A stretch of DNA of 64,000 bases from Candidatus Methanomethylophilaceae archaeon (GTDB lineage Archaea > Thermoplasmatota > Thermoplasmata > Methanomassiliicoccales > Methanomethylophilaceae). Shown here piece after piece: positions 55,068 to 62,933 of the stretch. The notes under the pieces were generated by a model. It searched no databases, had not been told where the DNA came from, and saw only the letters and a list, made by a program, of their open reading frames with translations. Both the position numbers and the translations under genes were made by a program. Each line of letters starts with the position of its first letter. Position 1 is the stretch's first letter. The stretch is taken from NCBI GenBank assembly GCA_050944155.1, contig JBMNQN010000005.1:7390-71389 (forward strand), read 5' to 3'.

Positions 55068-55807
55068 TGGCACTGAAATATCTCGACAAATATCCTAAAA
55101 ATCCCGCCAGGAAACTGTGGGTTCTCAAGCCTATGTGGGTATCGATAAAACTGTTCTTCAAGACGGTGTTCCACAGGCCTGTGACCATTCTGTATCCTTA
55201 CGAGAAGGAATGGATTCCCGACAACTACCGCGGACGTCCCGGACTCAGGTTCGACATGTGCGTCGGCTGCGGAGTGTGCGTCAGAATGTGCCCCACGGAC
55301 TGCATAAAGCTCGTGGAAGTTGACGACGACAACGGAAAGAAAGTGATGAGGCCCCAGATATTCGTCGGAAGATGCGCGTTCTGCGGCTACTGTTCCGAAT
55401 ACTGTCCCACCAACGCCATGACGGTCACTCCGGAATACGAGCTTGCGGAGCTGTTCAAGAAGGACATGATATACGATCCCCGCAGGCTGCACTTCGAAGA
55501 CACCACTCCCGGAATGGAAGTACACCTGGAGATGACCCTCCAGTCCGACATCGATGCGGGCAACCCCGACAAGAGGGTAAAGCCCTACGAAGTCGACTAC
55601 CCGGTCGTCGACGAAGATCTGTGCATCGGATGCAAAAAGTGCCAGAGAGTATGTCCGGTGGACGCCGTAGAGATGGTGGAAAAAGGTGTGAACGCCAAAG
55701 GGAGACCCAAGCTGGTGCCCGTGTTCGACATCGAGAAGTGTATAGTCTGCAACAACTGCGTAATAGACTGTCCCAAATCCGTGATTCACATAGAGGAGGT
55801 GCTCTGA
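55067..55807 (+). CDS. nuoI: Nuo/Fpo-like complex subunit I with an additional C-terminal 2x[4Fe-4S] ferredoxin domain
   Basis: 246 aa. The canonical part has CVGCGVCVRMCP and CAFCGYCSEYCP. An extra roughly 100 aa carries CIGCKKCQRVCP and CIVCNNCVIDCP. Confidence 0.9.
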   Translation: MALKYLDKYPKNPARKLWVLKPMWVSIKLFFKTVFHRPVTILYPYEKEWIPDNYRGRPGLRFDMCVGCGVCVRMCPTDCIKLVEVDDDNGKKVMRPQIFVGRCAFCGYCSEYCPTNAMTVTPEYELAELFKKDMIYDPRRLHFEDTTPGMEVHLEMTLQSDIDAGNPDKRVKPYEVDYPVVDEDLCIGCKKCQRVCPVDAVEMVEKGVNAKGRPKLVPVFDIEKCIVCNNCVIDCPKSVIHIEEVL

Positions 55808-56140
55808 GTGTCGGTTATAGGAAATGCATGGAACGAGTTCGTAAACTATCTGCAGTACCTCTGCGACAACGTGGATCTGATTATCTTCCTGGCCATAGCG
55901 GCCATAGGGATAACCGCCGCGCTGTTCGTCGTAATAGACAAGGAAGCGATGCACAGCGCGTTCTACCTTGCGCTGACGTTCGTCATGGTTGCCGTGGTCT
56001 TCATAATTCTGGAGGCGGAATTCATGGCAATCGTGCAGATGTTCGTTTACGTCGGTGCGATAACGATACTCTTCGCGTTCAGCATCATGCTGACCAGAAG
56101 ATACATCATGAAATCGGGAGGCGATAACGATGATGAGTAA
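55808..56140 (+). CDS. nuoJ: Nuo/Fpo-like complex subunit J, N-terminal half (split gene)
   Basis: 110 aa with a GTG start. AEFMAIVQMFVYVGAITILFAFSIML is the NuoJ signature. Confidence 0.85.
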   Translation: MSVIGNAWNEFVNYLQYLCDNVDLIIFLAIAAIGITAALFVVIDKEAMHSAFYLALTFVMVAVVFIILEAEFMAIVQMFVYVGAITILFAFSIMLTRRYIMKSGGDNDDE

Positions 56141-56423
56141 GAGAAAGATCATAGGAATCGCGACGGCCGTTCTGGTCCTCGCGATTCTCACCCTCGCGAT
56201 ATTCGTGACGGGATGGGGAGACATAGTCGCATACAGCGGCCCGGTGTCCCTTCCCACGTTCAAACCCATGGTCGGAGGCGCCCTCTTGGAGGGGTCTCTG
56301 TCGTACGTGGTCTTCGAGGTTTACGGCCCTATTGTGGCTCTGCTCTCGACGATTATGTTCGGGGCCATGATAGGTGCCATATGTGTGGCAAAAGAGGAGG
56401 TCGATGACGATGATTCCGATTGA
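56130..56423 (+). CDS. nuoJ: Nuo/Fpo-like complex subunit J, C-terminal half (split gene)
   Basis: 97 aa with SD GGGAGG 8 nt upstream. ...VVFEVYGPIVALLSTIMFGAMIGAI matches the NuoJ C-terminal helix. Overlaps the first half by 11 nt. Confidence 0.75.
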   Translation: MMSKRKIIGIATAVLVLAILTLAIFVTGWGDIVAYSGPVSLPTFKPMVGGALLEGSLSYVVFEVYGPIVALLSTIMFGAMIGAICVAKEEVDDDDSD

Positions 56424-56712
56424 GTACATACTCATGTTCTCGGCTATCCTGTTCGTGATAGGCATATACGGCATAATGACGAAAAACAACGCAATCATTG
56501 TGCTCATGTGCATAGAACTTGTGCTGAACGCGGCAAACATCAACTTTGTTGCGTTTGCGGCATACAATGCGGCAATCATGGGTCAGGTTTTCGTACTGTT
56601 TACCGTGGCGGTGGCTGCCTCCGAAGTTGCGGTGGGAATAGCCATTCTGCTTAACGTTTACAAACTGAAGAAAACGACCGTGATAGACGATCTGACGGAA
56701 TTGAGGTGGTAA
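56404..56712 (+). CDS. nuoK: Nuo/Fpo-like complex subunit K
   Basis: Starts at internal ATG 56404. 102 aa, 3 TM, with CIELVLNAANINFVAF and AASEVAVGIAIL. Confidence 0.9.
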   Translation: MTMIPIEYILMFSAILFVIGIYGIMTKNNAIIVLMCIELVLNAANINFVAFAAYNAAIMGQVFVLFTVAVAASEVAVGIAILLNVYKLKKTTVIDDLTELRW

Positions 56713-56713
56713 A

Positions 56714-58765
56714 ATGTTCATAGAGTATACATGGCTCATACCGGTGGTTCCGCTAATCTTCTTCGTAATCATCGGTCTTGTGGGCAAGAAAACCCCCTAC
56801 CAGGGAGGGCTCATAGCCATATTGGGAGCTACGATATCGTTCCTGATTTCCCTGATGGTAGTATACGAATTCCTGACGGGACCGGATTATAACGGAGGTA
56901 TCGGTTACGTAACCCAGTCGATCGAATGGTTCGCCCTGCCCGGCGGATTCTCGCTTACTCTGGGTTACTACGTGGACGGACTCACATGTCTCATGCTGAT
57001 GTTCTCCTCGGCGATATCCCTCCTTATCTTCATTTACTCGATAGGGTACATGGGAGGAGAGGGCCCCAGGAGACGCAGGTACTTCGCGGAAGTCAGCCTC
57101 TTCCTTTCCGGAATGCTCGGACTCATCATAGCCAACAACTACCTGATGATGTTCGTCTTCTGGGAACTGATGGGTCTGTGTTCCTACCTGCTCATAGGAT
57201 TCTGGAGCTTCAGACACCCCGAAGGGGACGACGCTTCCGACAACGCGGCGTCGGCCGCCAAGAAAGCGTTCATAGTCACCCGTATGGGAGATGTGTCCTT
57301 TATGGCAGGACTCTTCGTGATGCTTTACGCGTTCAGGAGTCTCGACTTCGTCAACACTTTCGACCCGGCAAACATAGCTGCGGTGAACCCGGACCTGATC
57401 ATCATTTCCGCGCTCCTCCTCTTCGGCGGAGCAATAGGAAAGAGCGCTCAGTTCCCCCTGCACGACTGGCTGCCGGATGCGATGGCCGGTCCGACCACCG
57501 TTTCCGCTTTGATTCACGCGGCGACGATGGTTAAGGCCGGTGTGTACCTCGTTGCGAGAAGCTACCCTCTGTTTGTTCAGTCCGCGAACGTAATGCTGTT
57601 TGTGGGCGTCATCGGAGGAGTGACCGCCATACTGACGGCTTCCATGGCTCTCTCCAACTACAACATCAAGAAAGTCCTGGCGTTCTCCACGCTGTCCCAG
57701 CTTGGATACATGATTATGGCGCTGGGAGCCGGAGGATATCTGATGGCTCTCGGAATCGAACAGAACGACGTCGCCCTTATCGCGGCGGGTGCCGCGGGTT
57801 ACACCGCGGGAGTGTTCCACATGTTCAACCACGCCTTCTTCAAAGCGCTCCTCTTCCTCGGTTCCGGTTCGGTGATACACTCGGTGGGAACCGAAGACAT
57901 GCGCGCCATGGGAGGACTCGGCAAAAAGATGAAAATAACGTCTTTCACGATGCTGATAGGTTCGATGTCGATTGCGGGATTCCCCTTCTTCAGCGGATTC
58001 TGGTCCAAAGATCTGGTTCTCGAGTCCGTCATGAAGGCGTCCGAATACGGTCCCGAGGGATACATATTCGCGATAGTCTGGGTTCTCGGAATCATCACGG
58101 CTTTCATGACCGCCTTCTACATGTTCAGAATGTGGTACATGACCTTCTCCGGACCCAAAGGCCTCACTTACGAGAGCAGTCACGGAGAGTCTTCCAAATC
58201 CATGACCGTACCCCTCGTCATACTGGCGGTGATGGCGTTCGCTTCGGGATTCCTCATACTGATCGGACTTGACGGAATAATCACCATATCGCCCGACTCT
58301 TTCGGAGCGTTCGTGGTCGGAATGGTGGAAGGACAGGGTGCAATGCATTACATAGAAGAGATATTCCTCAACCCCTACACGTATCTGACAATCGCTCTGA
58401 CGATTATCGGAATACTGATAGCGTGGTCCATGTACAGCAGGTTCAGCATCAATCCCGGAAGATTCAACAAAGAAGGAGAATCGGGACTGTACCGGGCACT
58501 TCAGAACAGATGGATGTTCCCCCAGCTTTACAACTGGATTTCGTGGAAGTTCGGATACGGAATAGCCAAGGGAGTCGACTACGTCGACAGGAACATAATC
58601 GACGGAGCCGTGAACGGATTGTCCAGCGCGGTTGTCGGATCGGGAGAGACCGTGAAGTACGGTCAGACCGGAAACGTGGGCAATTACGCGTCCATCATTA
58701 TGATCGGCGTTTCGGCGGTGTTCGTTGCGATAATGGTTCTCCTGTACTTCTTCGGAGGTATGTGA
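56714..58765 (+). CDS. nuoL: Nuo/Fpo-like complex subunit L (antiporter-like)
   Basis: 683 aa with WELMGLCSYLLIGFW, GKSAQFPLHDWLPDAMAGPTTVSALIHAATMV and a long C-terminal extension. Confidence 0.95.
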   Translation: MFIEYTWLIPVVPLIFFVIIGLVGKKTPYQGGLIAILGATISFLISLMVVYEFLTGPDYNGGIGYVTQSIEWFALPGGFSLTLGYYVDGLTCLMLMFSSAISLLIFIYSIGYMGGEGPRRRRYFAEVSLFLSGMLGLIIANNYLMMFVFWELMGLCSYLLIGFWSFRHPEGDDASDNAASAAKKAFIVTRMGDVSFMAGLFVMLYAFRSLDFVNTFDPANIAAVNPDLIIISALLLFGGAIGKSAQFPLHDWLPDAMAGPTTVSALIHAATMVKAGVYLVARSYPLFVQSANVMLFVGVIGGVTAILTASMALSNYNIKKVLAFSTLSQLGYMIMALGAGGYLMALGIEQNDVALIAAGAAGYTAGVFHMFNHAFFKALLFLGSGSVIHSVGTEDMRAMGGLGKKMKITSFTMLIGSMSIAGFPFFSGFWSKDLVLESVMKASEYGPEGYIFAIVWVLGIITAFMTAFYMFRMWYMTFSGPKGLTYESSHGESSKSMTVPLVILAVMAFASGFLILIGLDGIITISPDSFGAFVVGMVEGQGAMHYIEEIFLNPYTYLTIALTIIGILIAWSMYSRFSINPGRFNKEGESGLYRALQNRWMFPQLYNWISWKFGYGIAKGVDYVDRNIIDGAVNGLSSAVVGSGETVKYGQTGNVGNYASIIMIGVSAVFVAIMVLLYFFGGM

Positions 58766-58766
58766 T

Positions 58767-60335
58767 ATGGAAGCAATACAGACACTGTTCGCGGACATAC
58801 CCGTACTGACACTGCTCCTTCTGATACCCCTGATAGGGTCTTTCGCGACCCTGTTCCTTGCGGGCGGATCGAGACAGAAATACGCCAAACACGTGGCAGG
58901 AATATTCTCGGGAATAACCCTGATCCTTGCGTTCCTGCTGATGTTCATGGACGACTTCTCCGTACTTTCGGAGAATTATCTGTGGATAGACGCGGCCAAC
59001 ATAAGAATCTCGTACATACTGGCCCTGGACGGCCTCAGTCTGCTGATGGTCTTCCTGACCGCGCTGCTGGTGTTCCTGGTTGTTGTGTACTCCGCCGGAG
59101 AAAACGACAGAGCCAACTATTTCCACACGCTGATTATGGCCATGGAAGTCGGATTGATGGGCGTATACCTGTCCGCCGATTACTTCCTGTTCTACATCAT
59201 GTGGGAAGTTACTCTGATTCCGATGTACTTCATGATCTCCTGGTACGGAGGTCCCAGAAGACACTACTCGGCGATTAAGTTCTTCATCTACACGCACGTG
59301 GCAAGTCTCGTTATGCTCATCGGTATATTCGCCCTGGTCTTCCAGGCCGCGACTGTATCCGGCTTTGCAATAGCGGACTTTTCGTTTGCTGCGGTGGAAG
59401 CCGCATCCGGACTGTTCGGCGAGGTGTTCCAGATCCTTGTGTTCACCATGCTGTTCTTCGGATTCGCGGTGAAAATGCCGGTTGTGCCGTTCCATACATG
59501 GCTGCCCGATGCCCACGTGGAAGCACCCACTGCGGGTTCCGTCCTTCTGGCCGGAGTCATGCTTAAGATGGGTTCCTACGGTATAATCAGAATCGCCCTG
59601 GCGGCTCTGCCCGAGGGAGCTCTCTGGTGGGCCGAGGGAATGCTGGTCGTCGCTCTTCTGGCTATAGTCTACGGAGCGTACGCATGCATAGCGCAGACCG
59701 ATCTCAAGAAGATGGTTGCATATTCGTCCATAAACCACATGGGAATGGTGTTGCTGGGTATCGCGGCCTCGCTTCTTTATGTGAAACACACGGCCGTACC
59801 CGTTCCGGAAATTGCAAGAATCGGAGTGGAGTTCGCAGTCTTCCAGATGTTCGCCCACGGTCTCGTGACCGCAGTTCTCTTCATGGTCTGCGGATTCGCC
59901 GGACACGCGCTCGGAACCAGGGAGATGCCGATGCTCGGAGGTCTCGCGGGAAAGATGCCGGCCTTCGCCACGTTCATGATGATCGGATTCATGGCGTCTC
60001 TGGGTCTTCCCGGTCTCGTCGGATTCTGGGGAGAGTTCGGAGTGATATACTCGTTCTATATCGCTGCGGACGCCATGGGCCACATATGGCTGATTGTGTT
60101 CTGTCTCCTGTCCATAGTTCTTAATGCAGGCTTCTATACATGGGCCATGCAGAAAGTGCTGTTCGGAAGGGAAACGGACAAGATCGACATGTCGAAAGTT
60201 CACGATGTGAGCAGGTCCGAAGGATTCGCTCTTGCGGTTCTGTGCGTCCTGATAGCTCTCTTCGGAATATGGCCCGACTTTGCGTTGAGCTTCATACACG
60301 ACTTTGCGGCTGTGTTCGCAATACCGGGGGTGTGA
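58767..60335 (+). CDS. nuoM: Nuo/Fpo-like complex subunit M (antiporter-like)
   Basis: 522 aa with FAVKMPVVPFHTWLPDAHVEAPTAGSVLLAGVMLK. Confidence 0.95.
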   Translation: MEAIQTLFADIPVLTLLLLIPLIGSFATLFLAGGSRQKYAKHVAGIFSGITLILAFLLMFMDDFSVLSENYLWIDAANIRISYILALDGLSLLMVFLTALLVFLVVVYSAGENDRANYFHTLIMAMEVGLMGVYLSADYFLFYIMWEVTLIPMYFMISWYGGPRRHYSAIKFFIYTHVASLVMLIGIFALVFQAATVSGFAIADFSFAAVEAASGLFGEVFQILVFTMLFFGFAVKMPVVPFHTWLPDAHVEAPTAGSVLLAGVMLKMGSYGIIRIALAALPEGALWWAEGMLVVALLAIVYGAYACIAQTDLKKMVAYSSINHMGMVLLGIAASLLYVKHTAVPVPEIARIGVEFAVFQMFAHGLVTAVLFMVCGFAGHALGTREMPMLGGLAGKMPAFATFMMIGFMASLGLPGLVGFWGEFGVIYSFYIAADAMGHIWLIVFCLLSIVLNAGFYTWAMQKVLFGRETDKIDMSKVHDVSRSEGFALAVLCVLIALFGIWPDFALSFIHDFAAVFAIPGV

Positions 60336-60338
60336 TTG

Positions 60339-61847
60339 ATGGTAGATATTGATATCAGTTGGATAACGAACACGTTCGAAGGTTACACCTCGGTGCTGCC
60401 GCTCGTCATACTTCTGCTCGGAGCGGTTATAGTGCCCGGGATACAGATGGCCTTCAAACGCAGATCGCTCACCTGCGCCGTATCGCTTATCACGGTTTCG
60501 GTATCGGGCATGTTCACAGTCCTGCTCCTTCTGGGAGACTATTCGGGAATGTATTACAGTCTGTTGGGATTCGATGCATTCTCCGGACTGATGCTCGTAC
60601 TGTTCCACATAGTCGCCTTCCTGGCAATTCTGATTTCCGGCGCCAGCCGCGAGGTAACCAGACTGCATCAGGGTGCGTACTATTCGCTGCTGATGATTGC
60701 AACGGCGGGAATGGGCGCGGTCGCTATGGCTACCGACCTGCTTGTGATATTCGTGGGAGTTGAGATGGTCAGCATACCGTCCTACGCCCTCACGGCTCTG
60801 AAGAGGAAAGACCCGAGATCCGCGGAAGCCGCGCTTAAGTACGTGGTCATCGGCGGATTGTCTTCCGGTCTTACCATATACGGTATCTCCATGCTGTTCG
60901 GCCTCACGGGGACTACGAACATCTTCGACGTAACCGCCGCCGTTTCCGCTCAGGGATACACCGCCGCTTTGGTCATTGCGGTGGCAACCATGGTTGCCGG
61001 TTACGGCTTCAAGATTGCCGCGGTTCCGTTCCACACCTGGGCTCCGGACGTCTATGAAGGCGCCGCAACCCCCGTGTCGATGTTCCTGGCGTCCGGTTCG
61101 AAGAAGATGGGTATCGTTGTGTACCTGAAGATCTTCCTCGTGATGTTCGTGGCGCTTCAGGCGTCCCAGCCGTTCATGGTCGAATCCATGCAGTACATGT
61201 TCGCCATAATGGCTGCGGTGACCATGACCGTCGGAAACGTGGTGGCCATAGTTCAGAACAACATCAAGAGAATGCTCGCATATTCGTCGATCGCCCAGGC
61301 AGGATACATGCTGATGGTGATGGCGATAATGAGCCAGTATGCTCTGACCGGGGCAATGTACTACATGTTTGCCCACGTGTTCATGAAGGGCGGAGCCTTT
61401 ATCGTCGTCGCAGCGCTGATTACGGCCGGAGTCGGAGAGAACATTTCCGATTACCGCGGACTCGCCAAGAGATCCAGGCTGATGGCTGCGGTCATGTTGC
61501 TCAGTCTGCTCTCCCTCGCAGGAATACCCCCTCTGGGAGGTTTCACCGCGAAGTTCTTCCTGTTCTCCGCGGCGGTCGTACCCGGAGGACCCGGAAGCGC
61601 TGTGGAAGCACAGTGGATCTGGTTGGCGTTCGTTGCGATACTGAACTCGGCGATTTCGCTGTACTATTATGCCAGAGTCATCAAGGCTATGTACATCGAA
61701 AAGGGCACCACCGAAGAGAAGCTCAAGGTTCCCGTTGCGTTCTCGATCGCGGCGGTTCTGTGCGTGATCGGAATGATTATCCTGGGTGTTTACCCCGGAC
61801 CTCTGTTCCACCTCTGCATGGAAGCGGCCCAGCTTTTGACGGTCTGA
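60339..61847 (+). CDS. nuoN: Nuo/Fpo-like complex subunit N (antiporter-like)
   Basis: GFKIAAVPFHTWAPDVYEGAATPVSMFLASGSK. ATG 60339 is preferred over TTG 60336. Confidence 0.95.
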   Translation: MVDIDISWITNTFEGYTSVLPLVILLLGAVIVPGIQMAFKRRSLTCAVSLITVSVSGMFTVLLLLGDYSGMYYSLLGFDAFSGLMLVLFHIVAFLAILISGASREVTRLHQGAYYSLLMIATAGMGAVAMATDLLVIFVGVEMVSIPSYALTALKRKDPRSAEAALKYVVIGGLSSGLTIYGISMLFGLTGTTNIFDVTAAVSAQGYTAALVIAVATMVAGYGFKIAAVPFHTWAPDVYEGAATPVSMFLASGSKKMGIVVYLKIFLVMFVALQASQPFMVESMQYMFAIMAAVTMTVGNVVAIVQNNIKRMLAYSSIAQAGYMLMVMAIMSQYALTGAMYYMFAHVFMKGGAFIVVAALITAGVGENISDYRGLAKRSRLMAAVMLLSLLSLAGIPPLGGFTAKFFLFSAAVVPGGPGSAVEAQWIWLAFVAILNSAISLYYYARVIKAMYIEKGTTEEKLKVPVAFSIAAVLCVIGMIILGVYPGPLFHLCMEAAQLLTV

Positions 61848-61861
61848 AACAAACTTTAAAC

Positions 61862-61893
61862 TCCGCCCTTCGGGGCGGAACCAATATTTTTTC
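61862..61893 (+). terminator. operon terminator: hairpin TCCGCCC-TTCG-GGGCGGA followed by a T-run
   Basis: Perfect 7-bp stem with a TTCG loop at 61862-61879, starting 15 nt after the nuoN stop. TTTTTTCTT begins at 61887. Confidence 0.65.
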
Positions 61894-61938
61894 TTACTGG
61901 CTATACACGCCTGCAATTTCTCCCGAAAAAGGTTAAGT

Positions 61939-62928
61939 ATGTTCTACACTTCCCATCAAGGGATGTCTGAACCGTGGTATGAGTGCATATCCGACGAGCT
62001 GGCGGAAGTGGACGCCACCATGGACCGGGTGCTGGTTTCCGATAACGAGGAACTTACCGAAATGTGCAGGTACGTTATATCCTCCGGAGGTAAAAGAATC
62101 CGCCCAGCTCTGTGCGTTCTTTCGCATTATGCCGTTGGGGGAAAGGACTTCAGACGTCCCGTGGAAGTGGGTTCCGCTTTCGAGATAATCCACAGTGCCA
62201 CGCTTGTTCACGACGACATCAACGACAAAGGCGAACTCAGGAGAGGACGCAAGTCGCTTTACAGAGTTTATACAATTGGGAAAGCGATAGTGACAGGGGA
62301 CCTTATGTTCGCCATGGGCTTCCGTCTTATCGGTGCCACGGCTCCCGAAATCGTGGATTACATAGTGGATGCGTCCGCGGCCATGGGAGCGGGCGAATTC
62401 GTACAGAAAGAATTCGAACACAAATCCGAAGTGACCCCCGACGACTATTTCGAGATAATCGAAGGAAAGACCGCTAAAATATTTTCGGCATCCGCCAAAT
62501 CCGGAGCGTTCTTGGCCGACACGGACATGGAAATGGTGGATGCCCTCGGAGATTACGCACTGGCACTGGGAAAAGCGTTTCAGATAGTGGACGATGTCCT
62601 GGACGTAACGGGAAATTCGGACAATACCGGAAAAACCGTGGGGCTGGATCTCATAGAAGGAAAACCCACCTTACCGGTGATATTTGCCATGGAAGACCCG
62701 GTTTACGGAGAGAAAATCAAAGAGATATTCGAAACCGACGAGCCGGACCAATCGTCTGTGGACAGGGCGATAGAACTCATACTCAAGACGGATTCCGTCG
62801 AAAGATGCATGAAGGTTGCATCGGACATGATGGAAGAAGCCTACGGATATCTTGAAATTCTGGAAGATTCCGTCTACAAAAGGGCGCTCCTGAATCTCGG
62901 GGAATTCGTAATCGACAGAGACAGGTGA
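61939..62928 (+). CDS. trans-polyprenyl diphosphate synthase (GGPP synthase family; chain length unknown)
   Basis: 329 aa with a first DDxxD in LVHDDINDKGELRRG and a second in QIVDDVLD. An alternative start is ATG 61963. Confidence 0.85.
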   Translation: MFYTSHQGMSEPWYECISDELAEVDATMDRVLVSDNEELTEMCRYVISSGGKRIRPALCVLSHYAVGGKDFRRPVEVGSAFEIIHSATLVHDDINDKGELRRGRKSLYRVYTIGKAIVTGDLMFAMGFRLIGATAPEIVDYIVDASAAMGAGEFVQKEFEHKSEVTPDDYFEIIEGKTAKIFSASAKSGAFLADTDMEMVDALGDYALALGKAFQIVDDVLDVTGNSDNTGKTVGLDLIEGKPTLPVIFAMEDPVYGEKIKEIFETDEPDQSSVDRAIELILKTDSVERCMKVASDMMEEAYGYLEILEDSVYKRALLNLGEFVIDRDR

Positions 62929-62933
62929 TTCTG

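Noticed and set aside
27569-61847. In-frame TGA (selenocysteine) recoding in the Hdr-like or Nuo/Fpo-like genes.
   Set aside because: All of these ORFs are continuous with the expected lengths and motifs. No gene appears split at a TGA.
58698-61916. 1072-aa ORF on the minus strand, antisense to nuoM and nuoN. It is the longest ORF in the track.
   Set aside because: The translation is Arg/His/Gly/Ser-rich low complexity with no recognisable motif. The opposite strand encodes unmistakable NuoM and NuoN proteins. Long antisense ORFs are expected because the sense genes avoid TTA, CTA and TCA codons, which would create antisense stops.
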